DNA of 64,000 bases. Source: Eubacteriales bacterium (lineage in GTDB: Bacteria; Bacillota; Clostridia; Oscillospirales; CAG-382). The stretch is taken from the NCBI GenBank assembly GCA_045531135.1, contig JAZSDL010000001.1, forward strand, positions 12,720 to 76,719, written 5' to 3'. Both the position numbers and the translations under genes were made by a program. Shown piece after piece: positions 28,347-38,010 of the stretch. Every line of letters starts with the position of its first letter. The first letter of the stretch is position 1. The notes beneath the pieces are model-generated. The model made no database searches. It was given only the letters and a program-made list of their open reading frames with translations, and had not been told where the DNA came from.

Positions 28347-29639
28347 ATGAAATCGAGCTTGAATCTGCGTGTCCGAAAATTGAATCAACCCGAGCTTATG
28401 GTTGCGGTAATAGTATTTATGCCGTTTCTTTTCGGTACGCTGTTTGAGCTTATCGGATTACCGACATCGCTGAAATATTTGTTGGATGTAATGTGGATAA
28501 CGCTTGGGGCGTTGATGATCATCAATTTTTCAAAAGCAGCGTTCGCACCGTCCAAGCAGATGTGGATATTGTTTGCTTGGTGCATCGGATATTTTGTTTT
28601 TGCGGTCGTAACCTATTTTTGCAATTATCAGTCGTTGCTGTATTTGGCATGGGGTGCCAGAAACAATTTCAGGTTTTATGTGTTTTTTTCGGCTGTTATG
28701 GTTTTCCTCAGCCGTGATTTTATAAAACGCTGTCTTGATCTTTTTGACCGAGTGTTCTGGATATGCTTTGCCGTTTGTATGATACAGTATTTTATACTCG
28801 GCAAGAATCAGGACAATCTCGGCGGCGTGTTCGGCGTGGAGTTGGGCGGCAACGGTTATATGAACGTGTTTTTTGTAGTCGTTATCATAAAATCCGCCGT
28901 GTATTATCTTAACAAAAAAGAAAAGCTTGTTGTGTTTATGCTCAAAAGTGTCGCCGCGCTTACCGTGGCGGCTATGGCGGAGCTTAAGTTCTTTTTTGTG
29001 GAATATGCCGTTATTTTGATTATGGGAATCATGCTTTCGGGTTTGTCGTTCCGCAAGGTAATAGTTGTTGTTTTCGGCTTTGTCGGAGTTGTTGTTGGCA
29101 TACAGGCAACGTTTTTTCTGTTTCCCGAGTTTGCAAACCTTGATTCTATCGAGAATATAATTAAATCCGCCACATCGGGCGGATACGGCTATGCCGAGGC
29201 GTTAAACCGCTTTACGACTATCCCCGTAATTTCCTCCAAATATCTTACGACGACCTTTTTAAAGCTGTTTGGTCTGGGATTGGGAAATTGCGATACCTCG
29301 TCTTATGAGTTTTTAAACACTCCCTTTTACGATCAGAATTTTTATCTGCGCTACAATTGGTTTTCCACCGCAACTACATATTTGGAGACCGGTTATATAG
29401 GTATACTTTTTGTGGTCGGTTTTTTTGTTTTGGTGCTTATCTTTGCACTGCAGCTAAATAAGCGGGCGATTGCAAAGTCCGACGATAAGCTCTTTTCGCA
29501 GATCTCGGCTATTGCGGCGGTTTGCGCTGTTTTGATTTTCGTTTATAATTCATCGCTTCGTACCGAGGCGGGATATATAATGTATTTTGTGCTCGCACTT
29601 CCGTTTGCAGAAAAAATCAGGAGTAACATAAAAGTGTGA
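28347..29639 (+). CDS. Probable Wzy polysaccharide polymerase
   Basis: About 11 TM helices, LFGLGLGN loop, ETGYIG; position in locus. Confidence 0.7.
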   Translation: MKSSLNLRVRKLNQPELMVAVIVFMPFLFGTLFELIGLPTSLKYLLDVMWITLGALMIINFSKAAFAPSKQMWILFAWCIGYFVFAVVTYFCNYQSLLYLAWGARNNFRFYVFFSAVMVFLSRDFIKRCLDLFDRVFWICFAVCMIQYFILGKNQDNLGGVFGVELGGNGYMNVFFVVVIIKSAVYYLNKKEKLVVFMLKSVAALTVAAMAELKFFFVEYAVILIMGIMLSGLSFRKVIVVVFGFVGVVVGIQATFFLFPEFANLDSIENIIKSATSGGYGYAEALNRFTTIPVISSKYLTTTFLKLFGLGLGNCDTSSYEFLNTPFYDQNFYLRYNWFSTATTYLETGYIGILFVVGFFVLVLIFALQLNKRAIAKSDDKLFSQISAIAAVCAVLIFVYNSSLRTEAGYIMYFVLALPFAEKIRSNIKV

Positions 29640-29669
29640 TTTTCAAACCTATCGTTTTTGGAGCTTTTA

Positions 29670-31178
29670 ATGGGTGACGGCAAGAAGATAAAGAAAAATC
29701 TGTTTTTGGGTATCGGCGGACAGCTTCTGGCGATGCTTTTGGGCGTTCTTGTTCCTAAGTTTGTTCTCAATAATTACGGCTCGGAAGTAAACGGACTTAT
29801 TTCTTCGGTCACCAATATTTATGCCTGTATTGCTCTTATCGAGGCGGGTATTGCCGCGGCATCGTGTCAGGCATTGTATAAAGCGCTGTCTAACAACGAC
29901 CGCGATGATGCGAATTCGGTTTTGGCGGCGACAAACAGGTTTTATCAGCGTACGGGTGTTATCTATTCGGCGCTGATAGTTGTATTTTCGCTGGCATATC
30001 CCTTGCTGGTCAACAGCGAGATAGATTTTCTTACGGTTTTTCTTGTTATTCTGTTTAACGGTCTTGGCAACGTTGTAAATTATTTCTTTCACGGCAAGTA
30101 TCTCTTTTTGCTTAAGGCCGACGGCAAAAACTACGTTCGCTCGGGTATAGAGATTTTTACAAACGCCGCAAAGCATATTGCAAAAATAGTTCTGATATCG
30201 ATCGGATTTGATGTTGTTGCGGTCCAGTTTGCCGCGATGCTCGTCAGCTTTTTGCAGATGATCTATATCACCTATTATGTAAAAAAGCATTATTCTTGGG
30301 TGGATCTCGGCGCAAAACCGAATTTCGATGCAATATCCCAAAGCAAAAACGTTTTGGTTCACGAGATCAATTTTTTAATAACAACAAACGTCGATACGGT
30401 ATTGCTTACGGTTTTTTCGACATTAAAGCAGGTCAGCGTATACTCGCTTTACAATCTTGTTTACAATATGGTATTCAGGATCATCCATACCGTACAGGAG
30501 GCATTGGAATTTAAGGTCGCGTATGCGTTTCATACCGACCGCGAGGAGTTTTTAAAGATATTCAAGGCGTATGAGATCTATTACATAACCTTTTCGTTTG
30601 CGCTTTATACCGTGATGACCTATTTTGCACTTCCGTTTATGGCGCTTTACACAAAGGGTATCGACGATGCCGATTATCTGCTCGGCTTGCTGCCGCTTGC
30701 GTTTGCGGTTGTAAATCTGCTTGCGGTGGGAAAATACCCCTCGCTTTCGATGGTGCATATCGCAAATCGGTTTAAAGAGACACAAAACAGCGCGATAATC
30801 GAATCGGTGCTTAATATAGTTATATCGATAGCGCTGATACACTTTTGGGGCATATACGGAGCGTTGCTCGGTACGGTAGCATCTTCGCTTTACCGCGCGG
30901 TATATCTTATTTGGTACGTTAATAAAAAAATCATTTCGCGCAGCTCGTTTTCTACCTATAAATGCTGGATACTTAATTTTATTGTGTTCGGCGCGATGTA
31001 TTGGATCAGCGGACATTTGGTTTTGAATATCGATTCTTATTTAAAATTGGTTTTGTATTGTATCCCGTATACGATATGCGTATTTGCGGTTTATTTCGGA
31101 GTTTGTGCGGTAAGTGAACCGAAAATCTTTTCGGTTGTCGCAAAAAGCGTAAAAAATATGGTGCTTAAGAAAGGGTAA
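29670..31178 (+). CDS. Wzx-type polysaccharide flippase
   Basis: YGSEVNGL, EAGI, NVDTVLL, GIYGALLGT; 12-14 TM helices. Confidence 0.82.
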   Translation: MGDGKKIKKNLFLGIGGQLLAMLLGVLVPKFVLNNYGSEVNGLISSVTNIYACIALIEAGIAAASCQALYKALSNNDRDDANSVLAATNRFYQRTGVIYSALIVVFSLAYPLLVNSEIDFLTVFLVILFNGLGNVVNYFFHGKYLFLLKADGKNYVRSGIEIFTNAAKHIAKIVLISIGFDVVAVQFAAMLVSFLQMIYITYYVKKHYSWVDLGAKPNFDAISQSKNVLVHEINFLITTNVDTVLLTVFSTLKQVSVYSLYNLVYNMVFRIIHTVQEALEFKVAYAFHTDREEFLKIFKAYEIYYITFSFALYTVMTYFALPFMALYTKGIDDADYLLGLLPLAFAVVNLLAVGKYPSLSMVHIANRFKETQNSAIIESVLNIVISIALIHFWGIYGALLGTVASSLYRAVYLIWYVNKKIISRSSFSTYKCWILNFIVFGAMYWISGHLVLNIDSYLKLVLYCIPYTICVFAVYFGVCAVSEPKIFSVVAKSVKNMVLKKG

Positions 31179-31181
31179 TTT

Positions 31182-31691
31182 ATGAAAAATCGTTTTATTA
31201 TTCTCGGCTTGGTCCTTGCGGTCGTTCTTGTAACTGCATTGATCTTTTTAAACTCGCTCGATACGGTTGAGGAATCCAACCAAAAGAGCGACAGCGTTAC
31301 CGACGTTGTAGAGAACGTTACGGGCGAGGACGACGGAAGCGGTAATTTAAGGATGGTCGTCAGAAAATCGGCACATGTTATCGAATTTGCTTTACTTGGT
31401 GCGGCGCTTGCGTTTCTGCTATATTATATAAAGCTGGTTCACAACAAACGTCTTTACGGCGTTTGCGCTTTTTACGCGCTTGCCGTTGCCGTGATCGATG
31501 AATATATCCAGACTTTTTCCGATAGAAACGGCTCTGTCAAGGATATTATGATCGATTTTTGCGGTGCTCTTGTCGGTGTTTTGCTTGCATCGATCGTTCC
31601 CGCTGTCATTTCTGCGGTTAAAAAACACAAGCAAAGAAAAGCCGAAAACGAACGATCCGAATCGCAAAATACAGAAAGCGTACAACAGTAA
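31182..31691 (+). CDS. VanZ-family protein
   Basis: VRKSAHVIEFALLG, IDEYIQTF..R.GS..DI.ID. Confidence 0.85.
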   Translation: MKNRFIILGLVLAVVLVTALIFLNSLDTVEESNQKSDSVTDVVENVTGEDDGSGNLRMVVRKSAHVIEFALLGAALAFLLYYIKLVHNKRLYGVCAFYALAVAVIDEYIQTFSDRNGSVKDIMIDFCGALVGVLLASIVPAVISAVKKHKQRKAENERSESQNTESVQQ

Positions 31692-31693
31692 AA

Positions 31694-33154
31694 ATGCCGG
31701 TATTGACCTATATTCAACACGGCAAAAAAACATATATCGAATTTGAGGGAACTCCCAAGCTAAGCGAACTGCTTTCCGAGAACGGACTGTATATAACGTC
31801 GCATTGCGGCGGCAGAGGAGTCTGCAAAAAGTGTGCTGTTTTCGCATCGGGCGATATTTCGGACGCCGATGAAAAGGAACGGGCTGCTGGTGTCCGCCTT
31901 GCCTGCCGTGTTCTGCTTTTCGGCGATTGCGTTGCAGAGCCGATATATAATGATTCGGGTGCGACGGTCGTTACAGATACAAGGATAAATTCGGCACCGC
32001 TTGATCCCGATTGGCGTTACGGTGCGGCAATCGATATCGGCACAACAACCGTGGTGCTTAAGCTGTTTGACAGCACAGGTGCTTGCATAGGTGAAGAGGC
32101 GGCATTGAATCCGCAACGCTCTATTTCGTCTGACGTTATGGGGCGTATCTCCGCGGCATTGAACCAAAAGGATGAGCTGTTAAAGCGGCAAATACACGAG
32201 GCGGTTTCGCAGATGCTTTTAAACGTCTGCAAAAGAGCGGGAATCGATTTTAACAGTATCGATAAAACTATTATCACAGGTAATACCGCGATGCTGTATC
32301 TATATTGCGGCGTTTTGCCAAGGTCAATAGCGTTTTCACCGTTCAAGGCGGATTGCCGTTTCGGTGAGTATGTCGGAAATAACGTGTTTTTGGCACCCTG
32401 CGCCGATGCCTTTATCGGCGGGGATGTTGTATGCTCGGTTTTGTCATCGGGCATGTACGAAAATAAAGGCACCGCATTATTGTGTGATATCGGCACGAAC
32501 GGGGAAGTAGTGCTTTGCAAAAACGGACAGCTTTTTGCCGTTTCGGCGGCGGCAGGTCCTGCTTTTGAGGGTGGCGAGATCTCCTGCGGCTGCGGTTGCA
32601 TTTCGGGCGCTGTCGATAGGGTGACTGCCGATAACGGCGAAATAAATGTGCATACAGTAGACAATGCATCGATTGCAGGAATTTGCGGAACGGGATTGAT
32701 CGATGCGGTTGCCGCATTTTTAGAGCTCGGTTATATTGATAAAAGCGGATATGCCTCTAAGGAGTTAAAGCTTGGTACAAACGGCAGCAGCATAACCTTG
32801 GCACAGGATGATATACGCGCGCTTCAGCTTGCAAAATCGGCGGTACGTGCCGCGATAGATATACTGCTTTTAAGAACCCAAACCGATATCGGTGAGATAG
32901 ATACGTTTTATCTCTCCGGCGGCTTTGGTAAATATATCGATTTGGATTCTGCTGTTGCTATCGGTCTGATCCCCGAAAAGCTGGCGCAAAAAACAGAGCT
33001 TCTCGGAAATTCCGCACTATCGGGCGCGATAGAAATGCTTTTTGATGAAAATAATATAAATAAAGCAAAGGATATCGCAGATAACATAACCGTATTTAAC
33101 CTCTCGGGCGAGGACGATTTTTACGATTCGTTTATCAAGAATATCGATTTTTGA
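31694..33154 (+). CDS. ASKHA-domain [2Fe-2S] protein (RACo/DUF4445-like corrinoid reductive activator)
   Basis: CGGRGVCKKC...RLAC, DIGTTT, DIGTNGE, AAGPAFEG, GICGTG, DIRALQLAK, LGNSAL. Confidence 0.85.
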   Translation: MPVLTYIQHGKKTYIEFEGTPKLSELLSENGLYITSHCGGRGVCKKCAVFASGDISDADEKERAAGVRLACRVLLFGDCVAEPIYNDSGATVVTDTRINSAPLDPDWRYGAAIDIGTTTVVLKLFDSTGACIGEEAALNPQRSISSDVMGRISAALNQKDELLKRQIHEAVSQMLLNVCKRAGIDFNSIDKTIITGNTAMLYLYCGVLPRSIAFSPFKADCRFGEYVGNNVFLAPCADAFIGGDVVCSVLSSGMYENKGTALLCDIGTNGEVVLCKNGQLFAVSAAAGPAFEGGEISCGCGCISGAVDRVTADNGEINVHTVDNASIAGICGTGLIDAVAAFLELGYIDKSGYASKELKLGTNGSSITLAQDDIRALQLAKSAVRAAIDILLLRTQTDIGEIDTFYLSGGFGKYIDLDSAVAIGLIPEKLAQKTELLGNSALSGAIEMLFDENNINKAKDIADNITVFNLSGEDDFYDSFIKNIDF

Positions 33155-33156
33155 CA

Positions 33157-33192
33157 ATAAAAAAGAAGGTTGGATATCAACCTTCTTTTTAT
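33157..33192. terminator. Bidirectional terminator
   Basis: AAAAAGAAGGTTG...CAACCTTCTTTTT. Confidence 0.8.
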
Positions 33193-33194
33193 CT

Positions 33195-34850
33195 TTATTC
33201 GTTTACGATTGTCAAAGCGTCGTCGATATGAGAGACAAAATTGGATTCGCCTACAGCATCGTAAAAGCCCGATTTTTTCATTATTTTAAGCGGTTGCTCG
33301 TGTACGTGCGAAAGTATAAGACGAATGTTTTTTTCTTTGCATTTGTCGTACAACGTCTCAAGCGAATTCATTGCAGTGGAATCGATTGCGGTTACAGCGC
33401 GCATGCGGAGTATGATGTTTTCGGTATTTTCATTTACAAGGATGTTAAGCATCTTGTCGGCAGAGCCGAAGAAAAGCGGACCCTCAAGCTCATATACGCT
33501 TGTGTTTTCGGGAACGTATTTGTATTCTATATTGTCGTTTATGCTCTCTTTTTCGATATGCTTCCAGGCGGTTATCTTGGTTTCGTCGCTCATACGTTTC
33601 ATAAAGAAAACAAACGCCATTACCAAGCCCACCTCGATTGCAATAACAAGGTCGAATATTACGGTAAGACCGAACGTAACGACCATAACGGCGATATCCA
33701 TCGCGGGCGCGCTCTTGATAACGCGCACAAAACGCTTCCATTCGCTCATGTTATATGCTACCATAAACAATATTGCCGCTATTGTGGGCATGGGTATCAG
33801 TCCTGCATAAGGCATAAGGAATACGAGCACGAGAAGAAGCACAACAGCATGGACCATACCGGCAACAGGTGTTCTGCCGCCGTTCTTGGCATTTGCGGCG
33901 GTGCGGGCGATGGCGCCTGTTGCGGGTATACCGCCAAACAGCACCGATGCGATATTACCTGCGCCCTGAGCAACAAGCTCTGCGTTTGAGTTATGTCGGG
34001 AATTTACCATATTATCGGCAACCACGCAGGAAAGCAGTGATTCAATCGCCGCGAGTATTGCTATCGTAAATGCATCGGGCAGAAGCGCGCTGATGTTTGA
34101 AAAGCTGAAATCAATATCCGAAAAATCCATTTTGGGAAGTCCCATCGGAATATCATAAAGCTCGCCTATAGTAAAAACGCCTTCGTCAAGCACAGGGATG
34201 AACTTGACCATAAGAGCGCCGACGATAACTGCGATCAACGAGGGCGGAACGCGCTTTTCGAACCGGGGATATACGATAAGGATAAGCAGGCATACCAAAC
34301 CGACCAATAACGCCTGCCAGCTAAACGTGGAAATGGCATCGATGTTTGCCTCGATCTTCTCAATCGCCTCTACCGGCTTAACTCCCTCGGCATAGGTAAG
34401 TCCCAAAAAGTCCTTTATCTGACCGATCAGAATAGTAACCGCAATACCTGCGGTAAATCCGGTTGTTATGGTATAGGGTATGTACTTGATAAGCGCACCG
34501 AGCTTGAATACGCCCATAAGCACAAGCATAATACCTGCGAGAATGGTCGCAACAAAAAGTCCGCTCATGCCCTTGGTTGCAACAATGCCCGCAACAATAG
34601 TAGCAAATGCGGCGGTGGGACCGGCTATCTGCACTCTGCTGCCGCCGAGAAAGGATACTATAAATCCTGCGGCGACTGCGGTGTAGATACCGCACTCGGG
34701 AGCAACGCCCGATGCAAGCGCCAACGCAATAGAAAGCGGAAGCGCAATTACCGCAACTATAATACCCGCGATAATGTCCTTTGTGAATTGCTGACCGCTG
34801 TAATGCTTAAGAGTGTCAAAGAGCTTTGGTTTCAGATAAAAACCTTTCAT
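33195..34850 (-). CDS. SulP-family anion permease with STAS domain
   Basis: DIIAGIIVAVIALPLSIAL, QIAGPT, AIESLLS, GAIART, GPLFFG STAS. Confidence 0.93.
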   Translation of the reverse strand: MKGFYLKPKLFDTLKHYSGQQFTKDIIAGIIVAVIALPLSIALALASGVAPECGIYTAVAAGFIVSFLGGSRVQIAGPTAAFATIVAGIVATKGMSGLFVATILAGIMLVLMGVFKLGALIKYIPYTITTGFTAGIAVTILIGQIKDFLGLTYAEGVKPVEAIEKIEANIDAISTFSWQALLVGLVCLLILIVYPRFEKRVPPSLIAVIVGALMVKFIPVLDEGVFTIGELYDIPMGLPKMDFSDIDFSFSNISALLPDAFTIAILAAIESLLSCVVADNMVNSRHNSNAELVAQGAGNIASVLFGGIPATGAIARTAANAKNGGRTPVAGMVHAVVLLLVLVFLMPYAGLIPMPTIAAILFMVAYNMSEWKRFVRVIKSAPAMDIAVMVVTFGLTVIFDLVIAIEVGLVMAFVFFMKRMSDETKITAWKHIEKESINDNIEYKYVPENTSVYELEGPLFFGSADKMLNILVNENTENIILRMRAVTAIDSTAMNSLETLYDKCKEKNIRLILSHVHEQPLKIMKKSGFYDAVGESNFVSHIDDALTIVNE

Positions 34851-34968
34851 AATTTGTCCTCTTTTATTTAATATAATCGACATTCGGGATTATATCACTA
34901 TACAATTAATTATTCAATGGTAATACTAACAAAAAATCACAAATCTGCAAAAAGAAATATAGGCAAAA

Positions 34969-34996
34969 GAAAAGACGGCATGATTGCCGTCTTTTC
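34969..34996 (-). terminator. Terminator of surface-protein array
   Basis: GAAAAGACGGCA-TGAT-TGCCGTCTTTTC. Confidence 0.75.
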
Positions 34997-35011
34997 GTTA
35001 TGCAAATTTAA

Positions 35012-36379
35012 TTATCTGCGGGTCTTGATAACTACTGCGGAACCGGTAATAGCCACGAGAGCGAGGATAGCGAACACGATGGTGTTGGAAGCATCGCCGG
35101 GCTTAACGGGAGTAGAAGGAGTAGAAGAACCGGAGTCGGAGCTGTTATCATCGCTGCCGCCGGTGGTATCGGGAACGTCAGCATATGCCTCTACTTCAGC
35201 AACAAACATCCAGTTGGTGTTTGCGGTGAAGCGGAACTGAACGTACTGAGCGTTAACAGATTCGTTAAGCTCGATAACTGCATCAACGGTAGCAGAGGTA
35301 TCGATATCCTCGATAGCAACCTCGCCTACCTCGGTCCAAGTCTGGTTATCGTCGGAAACGAAAACAGAAACGGTAGCAGGAGCGGTGATACCGCTGGAGA
35401 GTTTCTTAGAACCTGCCTTCAATACGAACTTGGTAAGGTCGTACTTGTCAGCGAGGTCAACGGTGATAGCAGCATACTCGTTAGCGGCATACTCCTCGGT
35501 ACCTTTGTTAAAGCCAACGAATTCAACGTTGTTGAAAGCGGCATCTGCAGGTGCGTTGATACCGTCGGTAAGAGTCTTGCCGTCCTCATCGGGATAGGAG
35601 GGAGCGCCGCTCTCATTCATATGGATACCGGAGGTGGTGTAGCTCTTGCCTGCTGCTACGTTCTTGCTAACGGTAGGAACGTCGATCTCAGCACCCTCGA
35701 GAAGGATGTCCGCAACAGCAACTTCGAGATCGTTGTCGTTATCCCAGTTGTTGTAGGGGAGGTTATCGGATCTGGACTCGCCCTCTGCAACTACGGGGTA
35801 GTAGAGACAAACGTTTTCGTCTGCGGGCTTGTTGGATACGCAGATGTATGCCTTGAAGCCGTTAGCTGCGTTAACCTTAGCGAGATCGAACGAGAACTCA
35901 GCAAAGGTAAGACCGTCGATTTCAGCGATAGCTGCGTTCATACCAACTTCTTCGGTAACTACGGTAACGCCGGTATTTGCGGTAAGAGAGCCGCACTTCT
36001 TAGCGTGGAAGCCGCCTGCGAATACATCAAAGAAGTGAGTGTAAACGGTTGCCTCGTCATTGGTCTTGAGCCAGAGACGAACGTTGGTGCCGCTGCCGTT
36101 GCCGCCCTCTTTAAGAGCGCAATCAGCTGAAACTGCAACGTAGAGCTTTTCTCCATCGGAACGCATTATAAAAGCGTATGCGATAGATGCATCGGTGGTG
36201 GGAACTGTCTGCCAGAAGCCGTTTTCGGAGCTAACGACAGTCAAATATTCTTCGTCCCAACCGTTGTCATCGGGGCTGCCGTCGATAACGATGGCGGGAG
36301 TTTCCTCTGCCGCTACGGGAATAGCAAACATAGCCGCAAGAAGAACTACTGCGAGAAGAGAAGCAATGATTTTCTTCAT
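35012..36379 (-). CDS. Cell-surface protein, array member 1: signal peptide + DOMON/CBM9-like domain + discoidin (F5/8C)-like domain + anchor
   Basis: MKKIIASLLAVVLLAAM; IVIDG..DDNGW..LYVAV; NVAAGKSY..LTDG..ITVDL..VSDDNQTW..AQYVQF..W.FVAEVE; PVKPGD-TM-KTRR. Confidence 0.75.
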   Translation of the reverse strand: MKKIIASLLAVVLLAAMFAIPVAAEETPAIVIDGSPDDNGWDEEYLTVVSSENGFWQTVPTTDASIAYAFIMRSDGEKLYVAVSADCALKEGGNGSGTNVRLWLKTNDEATVYTHFFDVFAGGFHAKKCGSLTANTGVTVVTEEVGMNAAIAEIDGLTFAEFSFDLAKVNAANGFKAYICVSNKPADENVCLYYPVVAEGESRSDNLPYNNWDNDNDLEVAVADILLEGAEIDVPTVSKNVAAGKSYTTSGIHMNESGAPSYPDEDGKTLTDGINAPADAAFNNVEFVGFNKGTEEYAANEYAAITVDLADKYDLTKFVLKAGSKKLSSGITAPATVSVFVSDDNQTWTEVGEVAIEDIDTSATVDAVIELNESVNAQYVQFRFTANTNWMFVAEVEAYADVPDTTGGSDDNSSDSGSSTPSTPVKPGDASNTIVFAILALVAITGSAVVIKTRR

Positions 36380-36623
36380 TTTTGTTTTTCCTTTCAAAAT
36401 GATTTTAAGGGTATCCCCTTTTAGATACTTCAGTATACCATAACCTATAATATTTTGCAAGAGGTTTTTAATAAAAAAATAACGCTCCTCTGTTGAGAAG
36501 CGTTATTTATATCGTTATTTACGAATTACTTGCGGGTCTTGATAACTACTGCGGAACCTGCGATAGCCACGAGAGCGAGGATAGCGAACACGATGGTGTT
36601 GGAAGCATCGCCGGGCTTAACGG
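36340..36623. repeat. ~285-bp direct repeat, copy 1 (anchor-coding 3' end + terminator + promoter + RBS + signal-peptide start)
   Basis: Near-identical to 37728-38010 by manual alignment, with scattered substitutions. Confidence 0.9.
36432..36460 (-). promoter_or_regulatory. sigma-A promoter inside the repeat
   Basis: TTGCAA-17-TATACT with TG extension; the second copy (37820-37848) has TTGCAT. Confidence 0.65.
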
Positions 36624-37767
36624 GAGTAGTAGAGGGAGTAGAGGAAGTGCCTGCCTGATCAGCGGGAACCTCTACGTCGCCGTAGATCTCGATTTCGTTG
36701 AGGAAACACCAAGTGTTGCCTTCGGACATGTTGATGGTTACCTTAACGTAACGACCGGAAACATCGCCGAGTTCTTTAGAGGTCCAAGCGGGATCGTTGC
36801 CTGCTGCAGGATCAACTGCAATAGGATCGGAATAGGTCTCGTTGTCATCGGAAACAGAAACTGCGATAGCAGCGGGAGCGCCGATACCGGAGGTGTTTGC
36901 GTTCCAGAAGTTGATCTTGATGGTATTGAGATCATAAACTTCTTCGAGGTCGATAACGATATTGGCAACACCGTCAGGAGCGTTTACGCTGGGAGCGGTT
37001 GACTTTGAGTTGTAGTATAGACCAAACCAAACGCCGGGGTCGTAGGATGCTGTGTTGGCAGCAACGCCGTCGGTAAGATTAGCATTATAGGTGTCGCTGT
37101 GAGCAGTGCCGCCGACGTAGGACTTGCCGAGAGCAACATTCTTGCTGACGATAACGGTTGCATTGGATTCCTCAGAGGAATCGGTGGAAGTGTCGGTAGA
37201 AGTGTCGGTAGAAGTGTCGCCGCCTTCCTTGGACTCAACGGTAGCGGTACCGTTGTTAACGGTGCCTGCTGCGAGATCGATACCGGAAAGGGTGATCTTG
37301 TCGCCTTCCTTGAGAGCCATAGCTGCTACTTTGGACTGCCAGTTGGGGTAGGTGCCTTTGTCATCGGAGGGGAGAGAGCCGGCAGAGTGAACGACCAAAG
37401 CGATGTCGTCGCCGGAAAGCGAAACGTTGGCATTTGCAAGCCAGTCGTCACCGCCGAGTGCGGGACATACAACAACCTTGTTTACAGAATAAACGTTGCC
37501 GTCAACCTTGTTGAGAACTATGGTGATAGCCCACTTTGCGTTGGATGCTGCATATTTCTCGTCGTTGGTGATGATGGTCGCATCCTCACCTCCGATAACG
37601 CCGTTTACGGAGTTAACATTGAAAACGTATCCGTAAGCGTTGCTGAAGGTGTAAACGCCGTTTTCGTTCTGAGTCTGACCGTCTTCCCAAGACAATGCGG
37701 ATGCAGGGATCACAAGCATTGCTGCGAGAAGAACTACTGCAAGAAGAGAAGCAATGATTTTCTTCAT
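36526..37767 (-). CDS. Cell-surface protein, array member 2: signal peptide + uncharacterised beta domain + discoidin-like domain + anchor
   Basis: Same signal start as member 1; GEDATIIT domain; DTST linker repeats; NVALGKSY..LTDG..IDLE..GRYVKV..WCFLNEIE; PVKPGD-TM-KTRK. Confidence 0.75.
   Translation of the reverse strand: MKKIIASLLAVVLLAAMLVIPASALSWEDGQTQNENGVYTFSNAYGYVFNVNSVNGVIGGEDATIITNDEKYAASNAKWAITIVLNKVDGNVYSVNKVVVCPALGGDDWLANANVSLSGDDIALVVHSAGSLPSDDKGTYPNWQSKVAAMALKEGDKITLSGIDLAAGTVNNGTATVESKEGGDTSTDTSTDTSTDSSEESNATVIVSKNVALGKSYVGGTAHSDTYNANLTDGVAANTASYDPGVWFGLYYNSKSTAPSVNAPDGVANIVIDLEEVYDLNTIKINFWNANTSGIGAPAAIAVSVSDDNETYSDPIAVDPAAGNDPAWTSKELGDVSGRYVKVTINMSEGNTWCFLNEIEIYGDVEVPADQAGTSSTPSTTPVKPGDASNTIVFAILALVAIAGSAVVIKTRK
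37181..37219. repeat. 12-bp tandem repeat x3 encoding a DTST linker
   Basis: TCGGT(G/A)GAAGTG x3. Confidence 0.8.
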
Positions 37768-38010
37768 TTTTGTTTTTCCTTTCAAAATGATTTTAAGGGT
37801 ATCCCCTTTTAGATACTTCAGTATACCATAACCTATAATATTATGCAAGAGGTTTTTGATAAAAAATAACGCTCCTCTGTTGAGAAGCGTTATTTTTATC
37901 GTTATTCAGGAATTACTTGCGGGTCTTGATAACTACTGCAGAACCGGTAATAGCCACGAGCGCGAGGATAGCGAACACGATGGTGTTGGAAGCATCGCCG
38001 GGTTTAACGG
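37728..38010. repeat. ~285-bp direct repeat, copy 2
   Basis: Offset about 1388 bp from copy 1. Confidence 0.9.

Noticed and set aside
36380-36460. 27-aa N-terminal extensions given by the ORF track for array members 1 and 2
   Set aside because: They span the promoter; the RBS and signal peptide place the starts at 36379 and 37767
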